A stretch of 64,000 bases of DNA, taken from contig NC_089281.1 in assembly GCF_963678975.1 (NCBI RefSeq), forward strand, positions 27,793,151 to 27,857,150. Reading direction: 5' to 3'. The DNA comes from Dysidea avara (taxonomy: Eukaryota). This document shows, piece after piece, positions 54,801-64,000 of the stretch; the first letter of the stretch is position 1; every line of letters starts with the position of its first letter. The notes beneath the pieces are model-generated. The model searched no databases. It was not told the DNA's origin and worked only from the letters and a program-made list of their open reading frames with translations. A program made the translations under genes and the position numbers.

Positions 54801-56694
54801 CTGATAGTTATTAAAGGAAATTGCATTCCAGAAACCTCCATAATGTTGAAGCCCACAATACAATGTTAAAAAACAACTTCTACACTACAGCCAACAAGTC
54901 TTGGGCCAGTGGTCCTACTATAAACCTCTCAATACAGGAAATACAACTGGTACATGTTATACACAAGTACATGCTATTTTATAACAACTAACTGATCTCT
55001 CTGTCAAGACTCATTGCTTGAGCAACGCCAGGAAACTTTAGCATCTCCTTCCATTTTCTACTCCTTCCCTTTGCCTTGCTGCCTTCACCTACACCACAAC
55101 GTGCACACAACACAATCAACATGGTATACTAAAACGAACATACAAAGGCAATGATTCAAATTGTACAATCGTGTCACAGAGGTTATATTAGCTTTATGGC
55201 CACCGCTATTTGCAGAACTTGTAAATTTTACAGGTGCAGTTATCATTAAAAAAATGACAATTGAAGAAGTGCTTGCTCTTAAAATTCTTGAACCTTTACT
55301 CAAAAACACTATAGCTTCCATATAGGACAGCACTTGTCTTGTATGTTGAAACTAATGAAGGGGAACTGCAAATAGATAATAGGATATTACTTGGAAAGTG
55401 ATTTCACATAATTGCTGCTTGTAATAAAGTGTGTGTGTCATTTCCTATTATCTGAAAAACAACTGATTATAATAAAATATCACAGGAATTATGAACCATA
55501 AACAATTCAATAGTTCCGATAATCCAGCAGTACTAACAGACTGTGTATCTGTGTGACCACTGAATTGTGTCACTTGTTACCTTGAGCCTTTGACACCATG
55601 TGTGTGTTCTGATATTCTCCCAAAATTTAGGGGGCTTTAGCTTTAGGAATTTATGAGAAGCCTATATACTAACACACATACTCCTGATTTCAATAAATTA
55701 TTGGCTTACTTTTTAGTGTATAAACTTCAGCAAGTTCTATTAACACCTTAAAACCAAGTCATACCAATGTAGTTAACAGGTTTGTAATAGTATTATGTGG
55801 GGAGTCTCCAAATTGGAGCTTCAAAAACGGCAACTTGTAAAACAAATCACACATCAACCCAAAATTTCTCATGGTACTACTTATCAACAAATACATTATT
55901 GATTGGTCTTTAATCACACTTTAGCATATAATAGCAGGAAGTATGCAGATTTTCATAAAATGCTAAAATACTCTATTTGGTTCACAGTGTACTTACCATG
56001 CAATCTTGCCTTTACCAGTGACCGGTCTGCAGCAATGCTTTCCAGTTCCAACATCTTCACAGTAGAACTACAAAAATATTTTATTCTCTTTTCCTTATTT
56101 GTTAATCTAAACATTCACACAGATTGGAAATAATAAACAGGAAGCCACACTTGGCAGGAAGTGTGCAGTTACGACACACACTAATAAGACCATATATAGA
56201 CCTTGGTACAATTCTAGGGGTGTAGCAAGACGAAAACAGCTGTAATCTTATCAAAATTTGTGTGTTGTGACATGTCTAAAATGGGTAACATAACACACAA
56301 TGTTAGCCACACACGAAAGAAATCATTCGCTGAACAGCGAGTAACGCATGGAGCTTCGCATGGAACAAATCACACGGTTTCCCCCCAAGTAAACAAACAG
56401 TCAGCACGCGGATGCTGAACATTTACGTTTAACAGCACACAAAAACACTGCCAAACGACCTTAAAGGTTTCCTTAAACTCTGTGATGTAAGCGTTTCACA
56501 CCATCGTGACAACAAACAATAAACAGCTACACCTATTAAAGCTACACACAATACACACTAGCTGTACCTAACAGCGTCAGTTGACGGCCGTATTATTCGC
56601 CTTGATCCTTTCCGTCTGTAGCGCGTGCTAAAATTTTTGTGACTTTTATAATAGGATCACGTGGTTGTAGAATCCGGTGTTACGTTATCCGACC

Positions 56695-56975
56695 ATGCCC
56701 TCGAAGCGTCAAGCTGGTCCGAGTTGTTTCGACAAAATGAAAACTGGTGCATTAATGGGATGTGCTGTGGGGCTAAGTGCCGGAGCACTTTTTGGCACCG
56801 TAGGAGCACTAAGGTATTGCTAATTTTCGCGTAACTATCCGGAGTTATACTGACAAACGTTAGATACGGATTAAGAGGCAGAGAATTAGTCAATCAAGTT
56901 GGAAGAAGCATGCTGGAGATGGGTGGAACATTTGGAGTATTGTTAGCAATTGGTACTGCAATTAGATCATGTTAA
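56695..56975 (+). CDS. ROMO1: Reactive oxygen species modulator 1 (ROMO1/MGR2 family), 76 aa, 2 exons (56695-56813; 56864-56975), phase-2 intron with GT..AG.
   Basis: MPSKRQAGPSCFDKMKTGALMGCAVGLSAGALFGTVGAL|RYGLRGRELVNQVGRSMLEMGGTFGVLLAIGTAIRSC*. Near-collinear with vertebrate ROMO1 (..[27 protein letters not shown]...RIGMRGREL...GGTFGTFMAIGMGIRC) as recalled. Confidence 0.85.
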
Positions 56976-57044
56976 AAAACACTTTTAACAAATAAGGATT
57001 AAATTTTGTCATACATCTAGTGCAAGGTTACATCACCCCGTGTG

Positions 57045-58292
57045 TCATCTTTGTGTGCAAGTCTGATGTGATCTCTTTGTCAAACAGTGATGCCTACACA
57101 TGTCAAAAACAACTTGACACTTGTCATCACATAACAAGCTATACGTCACCTTATCAAAGTACATCTTTGCTTTCTCTTCCGACCGTTCAATTCCCTGGCC
57201 CAGTTGAAGACACCTGGCTAATACAAAACAAGAAATGGCTATCCCTCTGTGCACTAGGTGAGGTATGAATTGTTCTTGAAGAGTCTGTGCTGCTTCTTTG
57301 TCCAAATCACAGATTCTAGTAACATTGAAGTTTTCTTACAGGTCTCATGTGATATGTACATACTTCAAGGCATTTTCTACAGCCCGTGAGTAGAGTTTAC
57401 TGTTGAAATATTCACAACTGAGCAACCCATTGGCGTACATGCAGCCTCTTATAGATGATTTCTTTAGCCATTTTATTCCAGTAGTTTTATCAGTGGTACA
57501 ACCATGCCCACTTAACATCATTTGACCTAGTGCAGCTGTGTAAAATAAACTGGATGTTATTGTAACAAAAATAATGACTCTTTACCCATTGATTCTAGGT
57601 GTCCACTTTCTGCAGCCTTTTGGTGCCAGTGAAAAGCCTGTTAAATGCATAATTTTAGTATTAAGTGATACATTTTTCCTACCTGCTGGAGGTTTAAGCT
57701 GTCTTTTCTTGAGAATAACATCCCAAGAGCATTCTGGGCTTTGATGCAGCCAACATTTTGCTGGTTGGAAGCATTTGCTGCCAGTATGTACCATTGAATG
57801 GCTTCTTCATCTGACTGATTGATACCAAATCCTTGGAAGTAAGCCTGTCCTATGCTGAACTGGGCACTAGGAACTAAGTGGTAGTGTTCCTTCTTTGTTG
57901 CCTGAGCAACTGCCTTCATATACTGCATTCCTTTATGCTAGGCAGTAAAACAAAACTTCAAAAAAGAAAAATGATTTGTTACGTACTTGATCTTCAGCCA
58001 CTCCAAGACCATCATAGTGCATGACTGCTAGTTGGTAGGTAGCTTGCAAGTTACCTTTTTTGTCAGCCATGTTAAAATAGTTGAGAGCATTGGGATAGTC
58101 TTTCTTCTCAAAGTAGTATTGACCAAGTGAGAAGTGTGCATAGGCGTTACCTCTCTCACTTCTATCCACCATACAATCCAGCCATTCCTGACTGCCAATC
58201 ACATAACTGGTCTGTTTCTCATCACCACTGGGAGGAGAAGTGGTCTCGTGAGCACTATCATCCCTAGGAACCGCTTCAGAGTCTGTTGACAT
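57045..58292 (-). CDS. LRP2BP: Sel1-like-repeat protein orthologous to LRP2-binding protein; 4 coding exons as modelled, with the 3' end uncertain.
   Basis: Minus-strand exons: 57987-58292 (MSTDSEAVPRDD...GNAYAHFSLGQYYFEKKDYPNALNYFNMADKKGNLQATYQLAVMHYDGLGVAEDQ, then GTACGT); about 57672/57683-57937 (HKGMQYMKAVAQATKKEHYHLVPSAQFSIGQAYFQGFGINQSDEEAIQWYILAANASNQQNVGCIKAQNALGMLFSRKDSLNLQQ...); about 57365-57560 (..ALGQMMLSGHGCTTDKTTGIKWLKKSSIRGCMYANGLLSCEYFNSKLYSRAVENALK); about 57045/57150-57315 (..EAAQTLQEQFIPHLVHRGIAISCFVLARCLQLGQGIERSEEKAKMYFDKV..). Matches my recollection of vertebrate LRP2BP (..HQATYQLGVMYYDGLG.., ..[27 protein letters not shown]..). Coordinates in the 57300-57700 region are uncertain by up to about 10 nt. 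The stop may be at 57045 or in an unseen terminal micro-exon after a GTGACG donor at about 57149. Confidence 0.65.
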
Positions 58293-58719
58293 GGCAACAA
58301 AACTCTAAAGAGAAAAACATTAAACATACACATTCCTATTATAGCTGATACAATGTATTAGTGGGGTGGTTTATTCGATAAATGTCTACATGGACTGTGA
58401 AGCGACCTTCAGTATATAGTCACGCTACTATCTAAGGTGTGACCATAGATGTGTATCTATGGTGTGACTACTATCTATGATTTAAAGGCGGGGCTGTGTC
58501 TTTATTCGTAGCTATAGTAAAAATCTCCCTCCCACATTGCCAATATCACAGCCACCTTACCTTTCGTAGTAACCTTAGTCGTAGGCTGGGTCGGAGGTGT
58601 CTAGTAGGTGTAGCAACATCACTGCGCGTTAATTAGATCCGAAAGAAATGGTTGTGGGAATAAATCTGACAGCAGTGGAACACGCTGGACCTGATATAAG
58701 CTTAATTCAGTTATAAAAA
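58293..58719. promoter_or_regulatory. 427-bp divergent intergenic region between the LRP2BP-like gene (minus, ATG 58292) and the FHA-UBZ gene (plus, ATG 58720); candidate bidirectional promoter.
   Basis: The start codons face away from each other, and the interval carries no ORF-track entry or recognisable coding sequence. Confidence 0.35.
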
Positions 58720-61700
58720 ATGGTAGATAGCACGTTTACGACTCTTGTTCCTGGAAAGTTTATTTTAATCGGTAGAAAATCGTGTGACATAACTATCAAT
58801 GATGTTCGCATCTCCAGTGTGCACTGCGAGGTCGGATCGGTCAAGATGTACGAATGGGACATGTTCCCAGCTTGTACTGTATACGTTGAAGACAAGAGTA
58901 GCAATGGAACGTGGATATGTCGTAAGATTGGTCTGTCATCTTGGGGAGCCTACTGCAAACTAACAAAGGGATTAAAAATGAGTTTTAGTCCAGGAGATTT
59001 TATCTTGTTACTACCACCAAGTGTCTCTGCACCAGATTACTGTGCTTTCTCACTGGAAGCTGATGAAACTTCTAATGTGTTTGGTTTAAAGCATCTTACA
59101 GCTGCTGATGTTAAAATTAGAGTTGATGCTAAGGCTGACACTAGTCTGGGAACTGTATCAATAAAGAGAACTTATTCTAGAGGTGAAACATCACCGGATG
59201 GATGTGCTACTAAGAAACCATGTTTATCATCACCCTTACCACCTGCTGTAACTAGTGATAAAGGCAGATCCTCAAAGCATGCAGTAGCAGTACCTGTATC
59301 AATGAGTACACATGGCTCAATGGAACAGTGTCCCATCTGTCTTGGTCTTTTCCCTGTAAGTGAACTAGTGGCACACTCAGAATTGTGTTGCTCGTCAGAG
59401 GTGTCACTGGTTGACGGTACTGATGGGATAGATAGATCTTCACATGATGTGCTTTTAGCTGTTCCTAGTAGCTCTTCTGGAGTTATTGAACTTGAGCAAT
59501 GTATCCACTGCCTGCAGGATTACACTGTTGCTGAATTGGTCGATCATGTAAATATCTGTCCAAAGAAATCAAAATCAACAGTATGGGTTTTATGTTTGTA
59601 GAGTGTGTGTATGTGGCATCATTGTTAATTTCACATGTACACAGGCGGATGTGACAGAAGTAGAACATTGTCAACATTGTCTTGGTCTATTTCCATTGGA
59701 TGAAATAGTCAGTCACTCATTGACGTGTTCCCACAGGGCCACGTCCACAACTGTTAGCTATTACCTCATAAACCATTACATCATGTGAGCTATTGTTAGG
59801 ATAGTACAATGGGTGGTGATAAGGAGGAGCTATTGGAGAGATGTATGCACTGTTTTAGGGATTTCCCTATTAGCGAACTGGTCCGACACATGCCAGAGTG
59901 TACTGGCGATATGTGTGGACCAAAGGAACGATTTAAAGGCTTCGTCCCATCTGTTCATGATGTATGTTGACAAAGTAACAGTACAATTTTGTGGTGTATC
60001 CATTCACTGGATTGGACTACTGGACTGGACTGGACTACTGGACTGGACTACTGGACTCACATAAAGTTTGCTCAAATACCTTTTCCAACCACTAAAAGTG
60101 ATTAGCCATATGATCATTACTTTGTATACCACACACTCAGGGTTCTCAGTGATTTGTCTTGCGTTTAGAGGCACATACAAGAACTGTAATCTAGTTTTAG
60201 TGGTCTAATGGTATGATAAATTTGTAATCAATGTACAGTGTAGGTTGAATTCTTAAAAATTTGTACATTACATATGGTTTTTCTTACCTGCCTGTTAGAT
60301 GGTGTGTGCATGCATTGAGAAGCATTTCTCTCACTAACTGAACACTGCACACTCGTTGCTATTTACAAGCGTTATAAACCAAGGAGCTTGCCAATCTACA
60401 GGGTATATGCTGAAAGGTGAGGGAATGCTACATTATTTCAATATACTTGCAAATATAAAACTGACTGAATTTTATGTCAATGTGTGCTATTTCAAAACAC
60501 TGACAGATACATTTAGCAGTGTTAACAGTGCACAGTGCTTGTGTTGTTGCTAGCGGTAGGCAATTTATTTTTGATAACGAGCCATGCTGAGGTCTTAGTG
60601 TAGTTTTTGTAAATAATGTGCAAGTTTTTATGTCTTGTGTGCAAGTCTTGTCTTGTAGTGAATGGTATGATTTCTAAAATACTTCTATGGTAAAGTGTAG
60701 CTATAAAAGGCAAGAAAACAAAGAAAAGTTTGAGTCCAGTAGTCATCCAGTCCAGTGAATGGATATACCCACGATTTTGCACTACCACAAACTGTAAAGT
60801 TCTTTGGATGCTTAAAAAGCATTTGTGGTATACTTGTTTTTATTATTCATATTTTGTGTACACAGATTGATGCCATGGCAATGTCAGTACTAACAGATAC
60901 ACAAAGAGAAGCTGTTGACTATGTGCTGCAGCGGTCAGAGGCCGACTCTCGGAAAGTGTTTCCAAAACTTCTGAAGAGGGTGAAAGGCTTGGGATATGAT
61001 GAGAAAGATCTAGAAAAGTATGACACTAACAATTTGGGTTTGTAGTTGGTGTATGTAGCGTTCACCCTAGAGTTACTTTTTGTATGTAACACCAATCAAG
61101 TACTGTAATATATATTATATCACTAAGATCCTTCAGATCTTTATTATCTTGTCTGAACTCATTAACTGTCTAGTGTAAAAATGACCAGAGTATTTCACAC
61201 TTGTGTCCATTAGTATTACAGAAGTATATGTTTTATTAGAACAATTGAATGGACTAAATGGGCTTACCCAATTTACTAGCTCTAGGAACGCTAGTGTATA
61301 AGATTCACCATGCTGTCTCATTTCCAATCCACAGGACATTACTTTGGGTGAGGCTCAGTGCCCCAATAATCATTCATATCCACCTTGATCGAGTACTCAG
61401 CTTCCTAGTCAAGGACACTCATTATCGTAACTTATTTGAGACCAGGACTGGTAGTGGGTGTCTGGATACTTCAGCGAGGTCCTCATGGGAGGTGTGTCTT
61501 GTGTAGTATGTTCTTGGTAATGCTCACTTCATTTTATAGGACAGAATATTTAACAATGTTTATCATGATAGTGAACCATTTGAGAGAGTGAAGTATGGCG
61601 TCTTAAACATTGGTCTGTGTGTGTGTGTCTGTGTGCGTGTAGTGAGTGTGTGTGTCTATGTTGTGTTTCTGCTTGATAAGTTTGCGGTACTGTAAAAGTT

Positions 61701-62385
61701 TTTTTTGTTTTTTTTGCAGTTGGAGATTTACGTGGTGTACGTTCCTGTTATTCATATGGTGACTCCTTCCTTCAGGTACGTGTGTATGTCAACTGCTTTA
61801 TATGATACGGCCATGTTCCCATCATTGATTAGTTGAAGAAGGTCCGTCTACGTACTACATTTGCATCCATGGACACATCAAGTGGAGCAGTGAAGTTGTC
61901 TTGTTGTGAACACTATGGCAACGTCTTACATGAGTACTCTGATCCTGAGCTGAGGGCGGTAAGGGGTGGTGTGTATTCTAATGATTTGGAGTACCTTTTT
62001 CTTTTGCAGATAATTGATGTTGCCACCAGAAGAGAAGATCACTTAAAATCTGATATGATTTCTAATTACAAAGAGGTAAATTATTATGGGGCAGGTCTCC
62101 CTACAGGATACAGTGTAATAGTAGTTGTCACCATAGATACAGATACATGGTCCAGTCTGCTTATCAGAAAATGTTGAATGCATTGTTGTCAATGAGAGAT
62201 TTCGAGGGGACTCAGTGATTGAGAGACAACTTGAGGAATTTGTAACAAATAACAAGTGCAATTTGATATGGATGGAACCAGATGATGCTACTACTTCCAG
62301 GGCAACACCGACAGCAATGGCACCACATTTCGCTCCAATGACACCACTTTTTGCTCCTAGAAGGCGTGGAAGAAGAAGATACTGA
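58720..62385 (+). CDS. FHA-domain protein with four tandem UBZ4-type (C-x2-C-x12-H-x3-C) zinc fingers and an unrecognised ~260-aa C-terminal region. Provisional 8-exon model, about 600 aa.
   Basis: Exon 1, 58720-59580 (ORF track 58720-59601), has an FHA core ..FILIGRKSCDITINDVRISSVHCEV.....YVEDKSSNGTWI.. and the fingers CPICLGLFPVSELVAHSELC and CIHCLQDYTVAELVDHVNIC; a GT donor follows immediately at 59581. Exon 2, 59645-59784, has CQHCLGLFPLDEIVSHSLTC. Exon 3, 59805-59961, has CMHCFRDFPISELVRHMPEC and a GTATGT donor. Then 60866-61037 (IDAMAMSVLTDTQREAVDYVLQRSEADSRKVFPKLLKRVKGLGYDEKDLEKYDTNNL), 61720-61775, 61830-61958 (LKKVRLRTTFASMDTSSGAVKLSCCEHYGNVLHEYSDPELRA), 62010-62075 and 62137-about 62385 (..NLIWMEPDD..APRRRGRRRY*). 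Phases are consistent for all junctions. The exon 2-to-3 join needs either a 20-nt GTGAGC..ATAG mini-intron (59785-59804) or a 1-nt frame change; otherwise there is a stop at 59786-59788. Confidence 0.55.
59990..60770. mobile_element. ~780-bp foldback/TIR element whose arms end in (TGGAC)-type microsatellite, lying in an intron of the FHA-UBZ gene.
   Basis: Left end ccattcactggattggactactggactggactggactactggactggactactggact (59993-60057). Right end ...gagtccagtagtcatccagtccagtgaatgg (60731-60762) is its reverse complement. Internal ORF 60356-60553 is junk. Confidence 0.5.
61615..61675. repeat. Imperfect (GT)n microsatellite.
   Basis: tgtgtgtgtgtgtctgtgtgcgtgtagtgagtgtgtgtgtctatgttgtg. Confidence 0.85.
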
Positions 62386-64000
62386 CTTTGTATTAAATGC
62401 TCTTTTCTACTTTACTATATAAGTTGATTCATTATCCTTGTGAGACAACAGAAACGGTTACTAAGCTTCCACTTTGATTTTTAGTTGCAAAATAATAAAA
62501 TAGTTGGCTAGACACTTTGATGTGCACAAACCTGCAGCGCCTGCTTTCTAATAGTATGGTAAGTTAAAAAATAGTAGTGGAAAAACCAGCCGTTCCCTAT
62601 TAAGTAATGCTCCAATAATAAATTCAGCCAAAAGTTTTCTGCAACTTATAAAACTATACATACACGTAGACACTGATAAATCAAAGTATGACAAGTCCTG
62701 TGGGTAGCTATATAGGTGATATGAAATATGGAGCAATAAGTCTTGTCCCCTAGACAACTTGTAGTAGATTATAAACTGTAACTGATGGGCTGAATGGAGT
62801 AGAAGTGATTTCTGAGGAGTACAAATTGACATCAGTATTGCAAAGGAGTCATAAAAACTCTTGCAGTTGTAGCAGTATATATGCCACAGCATTCTTACTA
62901 GGAAAGTAAGTTGGTGCTGCGTGTGACAAATGCTCTTGACTGTTCTATTAAAGTTTTCAATTTATACACGTATTTGTAGGATATAATGGAGGACCCTAAT
63001 CTGTATCTTTTTGGTCGGTTGAGCATTACACATGTATATATATATTTTTTGTATAAGTGATGTGTACAGGATATTCTTATATACTCTCAACCTGGATGAT
63101 AAAAGGACTAGAAAAGCCAATACCACCCCATATACTCATGTATATCAGAGAGTCAGCAGTATGTGAATCAGCTGGTTCTTTCTACCATATTCCTAAGATA
63201 AGTAACCACTAGGTATTTTTATATTCAAAGAAAATTGATAAATATTCATCATGACACAGACACGACATATTTACAAAATGTTTTAATTATTATCATCACT
63301 AGTGCCATCCTAACACGGAATATAAAAATAGAGATGTATCTGGCAAATTGGAAATTGTGGAGAAGCAGAGTTTTGCAGTGGGTGTGTCTCAACTTCTGGG
63401 TATGCATGTGAGTGGAGTGGACCCTCCACTCTTTAGCAACAAGGGAGTTTTCTTGTGATGTTTGATCAAATCTGCTACGGAGTCAAATGGCTAGACAAAA
63501 AAAAAACTACTAATAGTATTACTGTATACCAACCAGTCTAAAAAGTGGCATGGAATTTAATTGGTTGGTTGGTGAAATAATATCCCACCAATATTGTCAT
63601 GATTTTAGAATTCTTGGTGGCTAACAGGAAACCCAATTACCAAACTGTATTGATTCCCAATATATAGAAATCCCCACTGGTATACCATACCAGCTTCTTC
63701 CAACACGCTATAGTGCTTGTACAAAAGGAATGTGTATTAAACCCTCTAATAAAGTGCATATTGCAATATTATGGATCATCAATATTGGTGCAGCAAACAG
63801 TGTCAAATTATAGAGAACACACGGGAGTACCTCATCTGGCTATGAATCTAGGAAGGAATACTGACTGAACAGTGTTTGACTTAAGCACACTCCAAAACGT
63901 GAAGCATAAGCCTGCCAAGACAGTCTGGGGGGCACCCCTGGAAATTTTAGCTCTATTTGGAAGCAATTCTAACTGACAATACCAATGCAAGTTGTTAACT

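Noticed and set aside
59813-60064. ORF 59813-60064(+) (MVIRRSYWRDV...).
   Set aside because: This is the wrong frame. The conserved UBZ4 finger CMHCFRDFPISELVRHMPEC is read in the +2 frame over the same nucleotides.

Overview
This window reads as metazoan nuclear DNA, not prokaryotic. It is AT-rich (roughly 35-40% GC by eye), with multi-exon genes joined by canonical GT-AG introns (many only 45-120 nt), long intergenic and intronic stretches full of MITEs and foldback elements, microsatellites including a (CA)~117 run, a 30-bp minisatellite, and a decayed non-LTR retrotransposon. I see no CRISPR array, operon, rRNA or bona fide tRNA gene, and no prokaryotic defence-type system.

Six protein-coding genes can be reconstructed from the sequence and the ORF track, all assigned by recollected homology:
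- A 28-exon major vault protein gene on the minus strand (27239-36790).
- A divergently transcribed FN3-domain single-pass membrane protein gene (36916-41702, plus).
- A GRK4/5/6-like G-protein-coupled-receptor kinase gene (about 42600-48844, minus).
- ROMO1 (56695-56975, plus).
- An LRP2BP-like Sel1-repeat gene (57045-58292, minus).
- An FHA-domain gene carrying four tandem UBZ4-type C2HC zinc fingers plus an unrecognised C-terminal region (58720-about 62385, plus).

The FHA-(UBZ4)x4 gene is the most novel-looking item in the window. Also present are frame-shifted ankyrin-repeat and death-domain gene remnants (23600-26290), a reverse-transcriptase fragment (17900-19010), and several dispersed repeat families; one copy of a ~1-kb repeat carries a nested TTAA-flanked insertion whose empty site survives in the other copy.

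Coordinates were worked out by eye and anchored to ORF-track ends where possible. Splice junctions should be taken as +/- a few nt, and in the LRP2BP-like gene up to about +/-10 nt.
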